From NCBI GenBank assembly GCA_963713125.1, contig CAVQKL010000012.1, positions 65,628 to 129,627 of the forward strand: a stretch of DNA of 64,000 nucleotides, in the 5' to 3' direction. The notes below the pieces were generated by a model. That model did no database searches. It was not told the origin of the DNA and was given only the letters and a program-made list of their open reading frames with translations. This DNA is from an uncultured beta proteobacterium. Lineage in GTDB: Bacteria; Pseudomonadota; Gammaproteobacteria; Burkholderiales; Casimicrobiaceae. The translations under genes were made by a program, and so were the position numbers. Below are positions 36,000-49,128 of this stretch, piece by piece (within the stretch, counting starts at the first letter, position 1; the number at the start of each line of letters is the position of its first letter).

Positions 36000-36756
36000 A
36001 TGAGCCATTGGATCGAAGGCAAGGTGACCGGCAAGCGGCAGTGGACCGACAGGCTGTTCTCGCTGCAGGTCGCTGCGCCCGCGCTCACTTTCGTCGCGGG
36101 CCAGTTCGCGCGGCTTGCGCTGCCGGCACCGCCCGGGGCGAAGGAGCCGATGCTCGGCCGGCCGTATTCGTTCGTCAATCCGCCCGAGCGCGCGCCGCAC
36201 GAATTCTATTTCAACGTGCTGCCCGAAGGCCCGCTGTCGCCGCGGCTCGCCGCGCTCGAGCCGGGCGCGCCGCTTTGGCTGCTCGAGCGCGCGAACGGAT
36301 TCTTCAGCATGCCCGAGGTGCCTTCGGCGGCCGTGCTGTGGTGCCTTGCGACCGGCACCGGCATCGGCCCGTTCCTGTCGATTCTGCGCACGGCCGACCC
36401 GTGGGAAAAATTCGAGCGCGTCGTGCTCGTGCACGCGGTCCGCTACGCGCAGGATCTCTCCTACCGCGAAGTGATCGCCGAGATCGCGACGCGCGCGGCC
36501 GGGCCGATTCGCGTTTGCGCCGTTTGTCAGCCGCGAACCCGATCGCAGCGCGCTTTCCGGCCGGATTCCGGACGCGATCCGCGACGGCCGCCTCGAGGCC
36601 TGGACCGGGCTGCCGCTGACCGCGGAGAACGCGCACGCGATGCTGTGCGGCAATCCCGACATGGTGCGCGACACGCAGGGCGTGCTCGAATTGCGCGGCA
36701 TGCGACGCCACCGCCGCCGCGAGCCCGGGCACTACACGGTCGAGACCTATTGGTAG
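36000..36756 (+). CDS. fpr: Ferredoxin--NADP(+) reductase, C-terminal frameshift
   Basis: MSHWIEGKVTGKRQWTDRLFSLQVAAPALTFVAGQFARLALPAPPGAKEPMLGRPYSFVNPPERAPHEFYFNVLPEGPLSPRLAALEPGAPLWLLERANGFFSMPEVPSAAVLWCLATGTGIGPFLSILRTADPWEKFERVVLVHAVRYAQDLSYREVI...LCGNPDMVRDTQGVL...HYTVETYW*. Confidence 0.85.
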
Positions 36757-36778
36757 CGGCGCCTGCGGGCGTTATCGT

Positions 36779-39466
36779 CTAGTCGGCCAGACTGTGCGCG
36801 ACGATTTCCGCGACGTCGGTCGACAGCGCCGGCGCGGCGGCAATCCGCTCGAGCGCCGCGCGCTGCAGCGCGCCACGCGCGCCGTCGAATCGCCGCCAGC
36901 GGTTGAACGCGGCGACGAGTCGCGCGGCGACCTGCGGGTTGCTGCGGTCGATCGCACAGCACCTGGTCGGCGACGAACGCATAGCCGCTGCCGTCCGCGG
37001 CGTGGAATGCCGGCAGGTTCGACTGGGCGAACGCCCCGACCAGCGACCGGATCCGGTTCGGATTCCGCGCGTCGTACGCCGGATGCGACAGCAGCGCGCG
37101 CACGCGCTCCAGCGTGCCGGCCCGGCACGAAGTCGCCTGCAGCGCCAGCCACTTGTCCATCACCAGCGGATTGTCGCGCCATCGCGCCTCGAATCGCGCC
37201 ATCGCGATGTCGCGCGCGTCGGCCAGTCGTGTCGTTCAGCGCGGCCAGCGCGGCGATCGACGTCGGTCATGTTGTCGGCGGCGTCGAACTGCGCCAGCGC
37301 GAGGGCGTGCGAGGCCGCATCGTCGCGCGCGGCCAGGTACGCGAGGCAGACGTTCTTCAGCGAACGTTGCGCGACCTGCGCCGGATTCGGCGAGTACGCG
37401 CCGTCGGCGCGGTGCGCGGCGTAGGCGTCCTCGAACTCGGCGGCGAGCTCGCGCGCCAGCGCCGCCATCGTCGCCGTCCGCACGCGATGCGAGGCGCTTC
37501 GATGTCGATCGGCGTCTGCCGGTCGGCGAGAATGCTGAGCCGCGGCGGCCGCAGTGCGAGCGCGAGCAGCGCCGGATCGCTCGACCGGTCGGCAAGCAGC
37601 GCCCGGACCACGTCGACCAGCGCCGGCGGCAAGCGCGAACGCCGCGCCGTGCGTTGCCGCGTTCGGCAACGCCGAGGATCGCGCGCGAAAATATCCGCTG
37701 CGCGGCGTCCCAGCGGCAGACCGGATCGGAATCGTGCGCGGCGAGCAGCGACAAGCTCGGCTTCGTTGTAGTCGTAGTCGACCTTGACCGGCGCGGAGAA
37801 TCCGCGCAGCAGCGAAGGCACCGGACGCTCGCGGACATCGACGAAGCGAAACGACTCGCGCGCCTGCCGCAGGTGCAGCACCGCCGTGGTGGCGGAAGCC
37901 GATCGCGCCGCGCCGCCGCCGTCGAGATGCAAGCGGCAGGTCGCTGCCGTCGCGGCCGACGAGTCCCACCGCCAGCGGAATGTGCAACGGGCGCTTGCAC
38001 CGGCTGGCCGGGCGTCGGCGGGCACGATTGCGCGACCTCGAGCGTGAAGGTCTGCGCCTGCGCGTCGTAGCTGCCCTGCACCTGCGAGCGTCGGCGTGCC
38101 TGCCTGGCTGTACCAGAGGCGAAATTGGCGCGAGATCGATGCCGGACGCGTCCTGCATCGCCTGCACGAAATCGTCGCAGGTGACCGCCTGGCCGTCGTG
38201 TCGTTCGAAGTACAGATCCATGCCGCGGCGGAACGCCTTCGCTCCCGAGCAGCGCGCGCTGCATCCGGATCACCTCGGCGCCCTTTTCGTAGACGGTCGC
38301 CGTGTAGAAATTGTTGATCTCGGCGTAGCTGTCGGGGCGCACCGGATGCGCCGTCGGGCCCGGCGTCCTCGGCGAATTGCTGCGCGCGCAGGAAATCGAC
38401 CGCTTCGATCCGCTCGACCGCGCGCGAGCCGACGTCGCTCGAATACTCCTGGTCGCGGAACACGGTCAGGCCTTCCTTCAGCGACAGCTGGAACCAGTCG
38501 CGGCAGGTGACGCGGTTGCCGGTCCAGTTGTGGAAGTATTCGTGCGCGATCACTCCCTCGATGTTCGAATAATCGGCATCGGTCGCGGTTTCCGGATGGG
38601 CCAGCAGCAGCTTGCTGTTGAAGATGTTGAGGCCCTTGTTCTCCATCGCGCCCATGTTGAAGTCGTCGGCGCAGAAGATCATGAACGTGTCGAGGTCGTA
38701 TTCCCGGCCGTAGCGCTCCTCGTCCCAGCGCATCGCGCGCTTGCAGCGCCGCCATCGCGTGGCGGCATTTGTCGAGGTTGGCCGGTGTCGAGAAAATCCG
38801 CAGCGCGACCTTGCGTCCCGACGCGGTGACGAATTCGTCGTCGAGCGAAGCCAGGTTGCCGGCGACCAGCGCGAACAGGTACGAGGGCTTCGGATACGGA
38901 TCGTGCCAGACGCGCGTAGTGCCTGCCGCCGTCCCCGGGGACGGCGCCCCGCTCGATCAAGGTTGCCGTTCGACAGCAGCACCGGGTAGCGCTGACTGTC
39001 GGCGACGATCGTCACCGTGTACCGCGCCAGCACGTCGGGCCGGTCCGGGAAAGAAAGCGATGCGGCGAAATCCTTCCGCCTCGCACTGCGTGCAGAACAC
39101 GCCCGATGAGAGGTATAGAGCCCTCGAGCGCGACGTTGGCGGCCGGGTCGCATTCGGAGACGATGTGCAGTACACCCGCGTCGGGCAGTGCGCGAAAAGT
39201 GATGCCGGCCGGACGAAAGTGCGTATTCGCCCTGCCGCCAGCGGCCGGCCGTCGAGCTCGACCTCGATCAGCTTCAGCTGCTCGCCGTAGAGCAGCAGCG
39301 GGCCGCCGGCTCCGCCGCCGGATTTCTGCGGTAGGCGAATCGCGCCGACACCCGCGTGGCGGCGGGTCGAGATCGAAGCGGAGCTCGACCGTCGTCGATC
39401 AGGTGCGAAGGCGGGCGATAGGCGAGCCGTTGTACGACCGGCGGCGCCGCGTCGCGACGGCAGCAT
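36779..39466 (-). CDS. pepN: Aminopeptidase N (M1 family), at least 8 frame disruptions
   Basis: ...[24 protein letters not shown]...[52 protein letters not shown]...[101 protein letters not shown] (GAMEN and HEYFHNW-x18-E zinc motifs)...[33 protein letters not shown]...[23 protein letters not shown]. The ATG overlaps the FKBP stop. Confidence 0.85.
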
Positions 39467-39945
39467 CAGCGCTTGACGTCGAGCAGTTCGACGTCGAAGA
39501 CCAGCGTCGCCCCGGGCGGAATGACGCCGCCGGCGCCGCGGCTGCCGTATCCCATGTCGCGGCGGGATGATCAGCGTGCGCTGCCCGCCGACCTTCATGC
39601 CGGCGACGCCTTCATCCCAGCCACGGATCACGCGCCCCCCGCCGAGCGGAAAAACGAAAGGCTCGTTGCGATCGCGCGACGAATCGAACTTCGTCTCCTT
39701 TGTGATCGGGTGCGGCGGCGCATAAAGCCAACCCGTGTAGTGAACAACTACCGACGCGCCTTTGACCGCTTCCGCGCCGGTGCCGATCTTGTTGTCGATC
39801 TTTTGCAATTCGTTCAATTTGGCATCCATCTTGCTAGAAATGGTTGAGGAGTCTGTCGTGCCCGTCTGCGCGAGCGCGAGGCCAGGCGTGAACAGCAGCG
39901 CGGCGAGCGGCAAGCAACAGCCGCGCGCATCGCCGCGCCGGAAAT
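39466..39945 (-). CDS. FKBP-type peptidyl-prolyl cis-trans isomerase (secreted), one frameshift
   Basis: [18 protein letters not shown]...[117 protein letters not shown]. Confidence 0.8.
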
Positions 39946-40187
39946 GAGACGCTGGGCACGTAGACCTCCGGGATGAGCGCGGCGCACAGATGCGCGCTAC
40001 GATTTCGACGAGGCATGAAATTTTACTCCAACTCGATGTGGTTTTTGCGCGGCCGACGGATTTCGGCTATAAATCAGGGTTCCTCCGCAACTCGGCAATC
40101 ATGTCGACGGGGCCGCAATGAGCGCGATGTCCGGCACGGGCAGCAGGCAGAACTCAGGGCAGGGCCAACGTCGTCCAAGCCGGCTCG

Positions 40188-41920
40188 ATGAAAGCAATGT
40201 TTGGATTTTTGACACCGCTGGGCAAGGACTCCGGCGATCCGCTGCAAAGCGCGAAGGCTGCGGCCGCATGGCTGCGCCAGCTGCCGGCGCTCGATGTCAT
40301 CGGGCGGCAGCAGCACGTGATTCGGGCCCTCGACGCGTTGCGCGGAACGCAGCGCGCCGATCGACTTGAACCGCATCGCCGCGATCGAATTCGTCGACGC
40401 CGCGCTCGGCGCCGATCGCCGTCAGCTGATCAAGCAGTACATCGAGAACATCGAGAGTTCGCCCAAGCTCGCCGATCGCATCTGGCAGGCGCTGTGGGAA
40501 ATGAGCCAGGCGTTCACGCTGGCCTATCAGCAGGCGCTCGAAAGCGCGCTGCCGCAGGCGGGCAATGCGCGCTGGCGCGCGGCGCTGCCGCTGCTGTTCG
40601 TGCGCTTCGTGCACTTCCAGGGCACCGACGCCAAGCTTCGCGTATTCAAGTACGAGCGCTGGATTCCGGCGCAAATGGATCGAGCTGCATCAGGCGTATC
40701 TCCGCGCCTGCGAGATGCAGTGCGATCGGCAGGCGGTGGTGCTGCCCGCCGCAGGGTCGGCGCGCGCAGCAGTGGTCGGTCGAGCAGGAATACCTGTACG
40801 TGCTGCTCGTGCATCAGCTCAACACCGGCAACCTCAACCCGACCGAAATCGATTGGGCGAGCTCGCAGCTGCGCGCATGGACGCCGGCGCCTGGCGCTCG
40901 AGCAGATTCCCACGGTCGCTGGAAGGATTTTTCGTCGATCTGGCAGGACGCGAAGGCCTGGTGCGGCGAACCGGCAACGATCGCGGCTCGGTGCTGCGCT
41001 ATCTCGACACGACGCCGCTGTCCGACGGCCTCGAGCGCGCGATCACCGCGCTGCGCGACGCCGAGCTCACCGATCAGGGCCCCGTCGCCGCGATCAATCA
41101 GCAGCGCCTGTCGGTATTGCGCAAGATCCAGCCCGCGGTCTCGCCGACGTCGCAGACCGAACTGCGACGCGACCCGCGCGTCGCAGTCGCGGTGTCGGCG
41201 CGGGTGCGCATCGGCCTGTCGCGGATTTGCCAGGACCTGGGCGCGCAGGCGGCGGGCGAAACCAGCGGCGAGGTCGGCGCCGGCACCGAGCAGATCGAAG
41301 TGTTTGCCGTCGCGGGCGCGCCGCGCATCAGGCGCAAGCTGCCGTCCGAGGACGATTCGCTCGCGGTCAGCCTGTCGTCGTGGACCGACCCGACCTGGGA
41401 GATCAAGGACCGCAGCGTCGCCGGACTGCGCATCGCGGCGACCGGCGGCATCGGCCAGAGCCTGACGCTGGGGGCCCTGGTCGCGGTGCGCCAATCCGAC
41501 GCCGGCGGATGGCTGCTCGGCGTCGTGCGGCGCCTGAACAAGGTTTCGAACGAGGAAGTCGAAGCCGGCGTCAATATCATCGCCGAGCGCGTCGTCGCCG
41601 TGACGCTGGCGGCGAAACGGCGCGCCAACGAGGACATGGGCTACGTCATCAACGGGCTCGACATGTCGACGATGGGCGAGCGCTTCGAGGGCCTGTACCT
41701 GCCGCCGCCTTCGCGTCCCGACAAGCCGCTGGCGATGAAAACGGTGATCGTGCCGACCTCCGAATATGCCGAAGGACGCAACGTCCTGCTGACCACGGCG
41801 CGGTCGGTGTACACGGTGTCGATGCGCCACCTGGTCGAGCAGCGTCCCGACTGGAGCTGGGCGACGATCCAGCTGGTCGACAAGAAGAGCGCGGCGACGG
41901 ATAGCTGTACCGTCGGCTAA
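40188..41920 (+). CDS. Large (about 575 aa) protein with a C-terminal PilZ-like domain, putative c-di-GMP receptor. N-terminal domain of unknown function. Frame-disrupted.
   Basis: MKAMFGFLTPLGKDSGDPLQSAKAAAAWLRQLPALDVIGRQQHVIRALDALR...LNRIAAIEFVDAALGADRRQLIKQYIENIESSPKLADRIWQALWEMSQAFTLAYQQALESALPQAGNARWRAALPLLFVRFVHFQGTDAKLRVFKYERWIPA...QEYLYVLLVHQLNTGNLNPTEIDWASSQLRAWT.... C-terminus: RIRRKLPSEDDSLAVSLSS (RxxxR) ...EIKDRSVAGLRIAATGGIGQSLTLGALVAVR (D-x-S-x-x-G) ...VYTVSMRHLVEQRPDWSWATIQLVDKKS. Confidence 0.5.
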
Positions 41921-42731
41921 TCCAGCGGCCGGAACTTGAGCGTCAGGTTGCGCTGGAACAGATCCGGTGAATCGGGGCGCGGCAGCGGCGAGGCCTTGAT
42001 GATCGCGCGCTGCACCGCTTCGTCGTAGGCGCGGTTGCCGCTGGACTTCCTGAGCTGCGCATCGATGATCTCGCCGGTCGGCAACTGCACGACGTCGAAG
42101 ATCGCTTCCGGATTGCCGGCGATCTCGGGCGGCACCACCACGTAGCCCTTGACCTTGGCCTGGATCCGGCGGATGTAGTCGGCGTTGGCGCGGCGCCTTC
42201 GCCGCAGTCGGCGGCGGCCGTCTGCTCGCGCGCGGCTTGCGCCTTCAGCGCGTCGGCTTCGCGCGCCTGCCGCTCGCGCACTTCGGCGAGCCGTTTTTCC
42301 TCCAGCCTTCTTCTTTTCGGCGTCGATGCGCTCCTTTTCCTTGCGCTCGCGATCGGCCTGCTCTTTCTTGCGCTGCTGCTCCTGCTTTTCCTTGAGCGCG
42401 ATTTCTGCCTTGGTCGGCGGCGGCGGCTCGGCTTTGGCGCGGGTTTCGGCGGCTCGGGCGGCGGCTTCGGCGGCTCCGGCGGCGGCTTCGGCGGCTCGGG
42501 CTGCGGGCTTCGGCGGCTCGGGCTCCGGCTTGGGCGGCTGCGGCGCCGGCGCTGCGCCTTGGCGCGCGGTTGCGGCGCATAGAGCTCGACGCTCACCGGC
42601 TCGGGCTCGTGATTCTGCCAGTCGACGCTGACGATCAGGAAGACGACGAACGCAAGATGCACGGCAACGGCGAGGATCGCGGCGATCCACTTGCCGACCG
42701 ACCAGCCGGGCGCCGGGCGCGACGGAGGCAC
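41917..42731 (-). CDS. tolA: Tol-Pal system protein TolA, one frameshift in the proline-rich linker
   Basis: N-terminus ...GWSVGKWIAAILAVAVHLAFVVFLIVSV (TM anchor). Then a (PEPPKP)n linker and a Lys/Glu-rich helical region. C-terminus ...ANADYIRRIQAKVKGYVVVPPEIAGNPEAIFDVVQLPTGEIIDAQLRKSSGNRAYDEAVQRAIIKASPLPRPDSPDLFQRNLTLKFRPLD* is the betaproteobacterial TolA domain III. Confidence 0.8.
42440..42560 (-). repeat. In-frame tandem repeat encoding the proline-rich (PEPPKP)n spacer of TolA
   Basis: Plus strand shows reiterated ggcggcttcggcggctc(g/c)gg units. The reverse-strand translation is PQPEPPKPPPEPPKPPPEPPKPAPKP. Confidence 0.6.
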
Positions 42732-42737
42732 GTCGGA

Positions 42738-43145
<408 letters not shown>

Positions 43146-43149
43146 GTCG

Positions 43150-43812
43150 TCACCCCTGCCGCTGCAGGATGTTGGAGAATTCCTCGATGAACGTCTCGAA
43201 GCGCGTCGCCAGCCGGTCGACGTCGTGCGTATACCGGTTGTACGCGACGACCGCGGGAATCGCGGCGAAGAGCCCGAGCGCGGTCGCGATCAGCGCTTCG
43301 GCGATCCCCGGCGCGACCTGCGCCAGCGTCGCCTGGCTGACGCTCTGCAAGCCGCGAAACGCGTTCATGATTCCCCACACGGTGCCGAACAGGCCGATGT
43401 AGGGGCTGACCGAGCCGACGGTCGCGAGGCCCGCGAGATTCGCTTCCAGCGCGTCGATTTCGCGCTGGTACGATGCGCGCATCGCGCGGCGCGCGCTGTC
43501 CATCGTCGCCGCCGACGACGATCCCTGCTTGCGGTGCTTGGAGAATTCGCGGAAGCCGGCCGAAAAAACCCGCTCCAGCGCGCCGCCATCGCGCGACTGG
43601 CTCGCGCGCTGATACAGCGCGTTCAAGTCGCCGCCTTTCCAGAATTCGTCCTCGAAGGCGTCGGTGCTCGCCTCGGCCCGCCGCAGCGCGAACATCTTCA
43701 GGAAGATTTGCCACCACGACCACAGCGAAAGCAGCAGCAACAACACCATCACCGCCTGCACGACGATGCTGGCGTGCGCGACCATCGCGACGAACGAGAG
43801 ATCAGGATGCAA
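43150..43812 (-). CDS. tolQ: Tol-Pal system protein TolQ, intact
   Basis: [50 protein letters not shown]...[12 protein letters not shown]...[87 protein letters not shown]. Collinear with E. coli TolQ. Confidence 0.9.
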   Translation of the reverse strand: MHPDLSFVAMVAHASIVVQAVMVLLLLLSLWSWWQIFLKMFALRRAEASTDAFEDEFWKGGDLNALYQRASQSRDGGALERVFSAGFREFSKHRKQGSSSAATMDSARRAMRASYQREIDALEANLAGLATVGSVSPYIGLFGTVWGIMNAFRGLQSVSQATLAQVAPGIAEALIATALGLFAAIPAVVAYNRYTHDVDRLATRFETFIEEFSNILQRQG

Positions 43813-43876
43813 CGTTCAAGCGTCGGTATCCTCACGTTAAGCGCCGACCGGTCGTCGGCGGGGTCGAGCCGCCGGG

Positions 43877-44910
<1,034 letters not shown>

Positions 44911-44965
44911 GCGTCTATTATGCCTGCAGTGTCGCGGCGCTTCGCGCGCATCGGCGAGCGCATCG

Positions 44966-45547
44966 TCATGCCTTCGCCAGCAGCTTCAGGGCCTGCCTGA
45001 TGCCGTCGCCGACGGCGATGCCTTCGGGCAGTTCCTTGACCGCGTGCGCGGCTTCCTTGTCGCTGTAGCCCAGCGAAAGGAGCGCGTTCAACACGTCGGA
45101 GGCGACGGGCGCCGGGCGATGCACGCCAACCGCGGTCGTCAGATCGGCGCCGAGCTTGTCCTTGAGCTCGAGCAGCAGGCGCTCGGCGGTCTTCTTGCCG
45201 ATGCCGGGAATCTTGGTCAGCCGGCCGCTGTCCTGCATGCTGACCGCCTGCGCGAGCTCGGCGACCGACAGGCCGGACAGCACCGAAAGCGCGATGCGCG
45301 CGCCGACGCCGCTGATCCGGATCAGCTGGCGGAACGCGCGGCGCTCGTTCTCGGAGCCGAAACCGAACAGCAGATGCGCGTCCTCGCGCACGACCAGATG
45401 CGTGAACAGCGTGAGCTTGTCGCCGATGTTGGGCAGGTTGTAGAACGTGCTCATCGGCACGTCGACTTCGTACGCGACGCCCTGGACGTCGAGCAGGATC
45501 TGCGGCGGGTTCTTCTCCAGCAGCGTCCCGGCGAGGCGGCCGATCAT
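44966..45547 (-). CDS. ruvA: Holliday junction DNA helicase RuvA, intact
   Basis: [132 protein letters not shown]...[18 protein letters not shown]. Confidence 0.95.
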   Translation of the reverse strand: MIGRLAGTLLEKNPPQILLDVQGVAYEVDVPMSTFYNLPNIGDKLTLFTHLVVREDAHLLFGFGSENERRAFRQLIRISGVGARIALSVLSGLSVAELAQAVSMQDSGRLTKIPGIGKKTAERLLLELKDKLGADLTTAVGVHRPAPVASDVLNALLSLGYSDKEAAHAVKELPEGIAVGDGIRQALKLLAKA

Positions 45548-45599
45548 CGCGTCGCCGCCGCCGCGATGCGCGCGCTCTCGCGCGCGACCGGCCGTGCGG

Positions 45600-46360
45600 A
45601 CGTCGGGCGCATCGGGCAGGGCGGATGCCGCGCATGGCGCGAATTATCGCATGCACCGAGCGCTCGTCGGCGGACCCGGCGGCCGCGCGCTCATCGTCCC
45701 GATCGCGCGAAGATGCGCGGCGACGGCGGAAAGCGACGCACAGCACCAGCGGCTTGCGCGCGAGCAGCTCGGCGCTCGGTGGATGCAGATCGGGCACCAT
45801 CACCGGCGTCATGCCGGCGGCCGCGGCGGCGATGATGCCGGGCTCCGAGTCTTCCAGCACGACGCAGTCGCCGGGCTGCGACGCCGAGCCGCGCGGCGGC
45901 GGCGATGAAAATGTCCGGCGCGGGCTTGCCGCGCGCGACTTCGTCGCCGCCGACCAGCGCGGCGAAGCGATGCAGCAGGTCCGACCCGATCGAGCTTGGC
46001 GCGGGCGCGTTCGCGCCGCGTCGAGGTCGCGACCGCGAGGGCGATGCCGCGCTCGTCGAGCAGATCCAGGATCTCGGTCAAGCCCGGGCTTGAGCGCGAT
46101 GCCTTCGGCGGCGACGATCGCGTCGTAATCGGCGGCCCAGGCCTGCGTCAGCTGCATCGACCGGATAGTCGGGTCCGTGCCGCGCGCGGATCAGCGCGAC
46201 GCAGTCGCCGAAGTTGCGTCCGATCATCTGCCGGCACAGGTCGAGATCGAACTCGCGCCCGAGGCCGCGCGCGGCGCGCTCCCATGCGCGCAGCGCCGGC
46301 GCCTCGGTGTCGAGCATCAGGCCGTCCATGTCGAAGATGACGGCTTCCGGCCAGCGCTCG
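45600..46360 (-). CDS. HAD-IA family hydrolase (phosphatase/beta-phosphoglucomutase-like), located between ruvC and ruvA. Frame-disrupted.
   Basis: ...[58 protein letters not shown] (motif I DxDG)...[29 protein letters not shown] (motif II)...[29 protein letters not shown] (motif IV). Confidence 0.65.
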
Positions 46361-46361
46361 A

Positions 46362-46893
46362 TCAAAGGATGCGGCCTCGCCGGACGCGGTAGCCGCCGCG
46401 GCGCAGGCCGCCGATGCCGGCGCCGCCATGCGCGTGGCAGATCGCGCAGGCGAGCGCGTCGGCCGCATCGGCGGAAGGCGCGGCCGGCAGCGCGAGCAGG
46501 CGCCTGACCATCTCCTGCACCTGCTCCTTCGCCGCCTTGCCGTGGCCGACGACCGCCTGCTTGATCTGCAGCGCCGTGTATTCGCTGACCGGCAGCTCGG
46601 CGAGCACGGCCGCCGAGATCGCCGCGCCGCGCGCCTGGCCGAGCAGCAAGGTCGACTGCGGATTGACGTTGACAAAGACTTTTTCGACCGCGACCTCGGT
46701 CGGCAGGTGCGACGCCGATGACGCTGGCAAGGTCGCGCAGGATCAGCTTGAGCCGATCGGGCAGCTCGCCCGACGTGTTGCGTATGCAGCCGCTGGTCAC
46801 GTACTGCAGGCGGTTGCCGGTGCAGATGATCACGCCAAAGCCTGTCACTCGGAGCCCGGGGTCGATGCCCAGTATCCGTCGCGCCTGCATGGC
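46362..46893 (-). CDS. ruvC: Crossover junction endodeoxyribonuclease RuvC, one frameshift
   Basis: ..[56 protein letters not shown]... then ...[89 protein letters not shown]. Confidence 0.85.
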
Positions 46894-46964
46894 CGGTGCG
46901 GCTAGCATGGGTCACGCGCCGTGCGCGGGCTACGCCGGCCACCGCAGCGATCGCCGCCCGCCGC

Positions 46965-47695
46965 TCATGCCTCCTCGATGACCGCGGTCGTGTAGACGTC
47001 CTGCACGTCGTCGAGCGCTTCGAGCGCGTCGAGCAGCTTCTGCATCCGCGACGGCGTCCTCGCCCTTGCACTCGACTTCCACCGCCGGCTTCATCGTCAC
47101 TTCGGCGAAGTCGGACTTGAGGCCGGCGTCGGCGAGCGCCTGCCTGACCGTGACCAGGTCGTGCGGCGCGGTGATCACTTCCGACGAGCCGTCGTCGTGG
47201 CTGACGACGTCCTCGGCGCCGGCGTCGAGCGCGAGCCTCGATCAGCCTGTTTTCGTCGGTGCCCGGCGCGAACAGGATCTGTCCGCAATGCCTGAACAGG
47301 AACGCCACCGAGCCGTCGGTGCCGAGATTGCCGCCGTATTTGGAGAACGCATGGCGCACGTCGGCGACGGTGCGCGTCCGATTGTCGGTCAGGCAGTCGA
47401 CGATCACCGCGGCGCCGTTGATGCCGTAGCCTTCGTAGCGGATCTCCTCATAGCTCGCATCGTCGGCGCCGCCCGAGCCGCGCTTGATCGCGCGCTCGAT
47501 CGTGTCCTTCGGCATGTTGTTGTCCATCGCCTTGTCGACCGCGAGTCGCAGCCGCGGATTGGTCGAGGCGTCGACGCCGCCGAGCTTCGAGGAGACGGTG
47601 ATTTCGCGGATCAGGCGCGTGAAGATCTTGCCGCGCTTGGCGTCGGTGGCGGCCTTCTTGTGCTTGATGTTCGCCCACTTGCTGTGGCCTGCCAT
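46965..47695 (-). CDS. yebC: YebC/PmpR-family probable transcriptional regulator, frame-disrupted
   Basis: [134 protein letters not shown]...; ...[42 protein letters not shown]...[22 protein letters not shown]. Confidence 0.85.
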
Positions 47696-47779
47696 GGTGC
47701 ATTCCCGCCGATGCCGCCCGATCGCAAATTATAGCAGCGGGCATGCTGCGAACGACCGGCGCGCGACGCGGGCGGCGCC

Positions 47780-48419
47780 TACAGCAGATCCTGCTGCTTA
47801 GAAACTGCGCGATCGCCTTGAGCCGCACTTCGCTGTCGTTGATCTCGAGCATGCTCTGCTTGATCGTCGCCGGCAGCGGCAGGAGCTCGGCGAGCCGGTA
47901 GCCGACCCACGAGGCGTCGTCCAGCGCCGGCTCGCCGGCGAAATGCTCGCGGCCGACGCGATTGATCATCAGCTCGAGCAGGTTCGCGAGCGGCTGATGG
48001 ATCTCCGGCAGCGCAACCTGCGGCTCCGGCAGGATCGAGCGTCGGCCTGCGCCAGAACGAGGCCGTCGTCGGCCGTGCGATGCGATTGCACCTGGAATCG
48101 CGTGCCGCCCTCGGTCTTGAGCTGCAGGATGCCGAGCTGGGGCATGTCCCACGACGTGATGCGTGCCAGCGTGCCGATCAGCGCGAACTCCGGCGGCTCC
48201 GGCGGCGCCGCGCCGCGCGACTTCCTCGCCGCGCGTCAACAGGCACACGCCGAAAGGCTGGTCGTCCTTGAGGCAGCGCTTGGTCATGTCGATGTAGCGC
48301 TGCTCGAAGACCTTCAGCGGCAGCATGCCGCCGGGAAACAGCACGGTCTTCAGCGGAAACAGCGGCAGCGTCAGCGGCTCGCGCGACGGCGCGCCGCGCC
48401 GGAAGGGCAGCATCGGCAA
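47780..48419 (-). CDS. LON-peptidase N-terminal (substrate-binding) domain protein, frame-disrupted
   Basis: MPMLPFRRGAPSREPLTLPLFPLKTVLFPGGMLPLKVFEQRYIDMTKRCLKDDQPFGVCLLTRGEEVA......PQVALPEIHQPLANLLELMINRVGREHFAGEPALDDASWVGYRLAELLPLPATIKQSMLEINDSEVRLKAIAQFL. Confidence 0.7.
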
Positions 48420-49066
48420 GCCTCAGGCGCGCTCGACCAGCGGCGGCGCGCGCCGCGCGCCGCGCCCCAGCGCGGGCCGAGCGCATGCTCGACGCCGAGC
48501 TGGTCGAGGACCCGCGCGACGACGAAATCGACGAGGTCCTCGATCGTGCGCGGATGGCCGTAGAAGCCAGGCGACGGCGGCAGGATCACCGCGCCGGCTC
48601 GCGAGAGCTTCAGCATGTTCTCGAGATGTATCGCCGAAAGCGGCGTCTCGCGCGGCACCAGCACCAGCGGTCGCCGCTCCTTCAGCATCACGTCGGCAGC
48701 GCGCTCGATCAGGTTGTCGGCGAGTCCCGCCGCGATCGCGCCCAGCGTTCCCATGCTGCACGGGCAGATCGCCATCGCGTCGGCCGGATTCGAGCCCGAC
48801 GCGACCGGGCTCATCCAGTCCTCGCGGCCGAACACCGTCAGCTGGCCCGGCTCCGCGCGGTAGCGCTCGGCGAAGTAGCTTGCCGCGGCGGCGGGCTGCG
48901 TGGGCAGCGTGAGCTCGAGCTCCTGCCTGGCGACGATCTGCGCCGCCGGTGAGTACAGCAGGAAGACGCGCGCGCGCGCCGCGAGCAGGCATTCGAGCAG
49001 GCGCAAGCCGTAAGGCAGTCCCGAGGCGCCGGTGAAGGCGAGGGTGATGGTTTTCGGCGCGGTCAT
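48410..49066 (-). CDS. ubiX: Flavin prenyltransferase UbiX, C-terminal frameshift
   Basis: MTAPKTITLAFTGASGLPYGLRLLECLLAARARVFLLYSPAAQIVARQELELTLP...EDWMSPVASGSNPADAMAICPCSMGTLGAIAAGLADNLIERAADVMLKERRPLVLVPRETPLSAIHLENMLKLSRAGAVILPPSPGFYGHPRTIEDLVDFVVARVLDQLGVEH. Confidence 0.85.
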
Positions 49067-49128
49067 TCGAGGATTCTAGCGTATCGCACGCGCCGTCGTC
49101 GCGCCAGGCAGTCCGAGCTCGCCGATGC

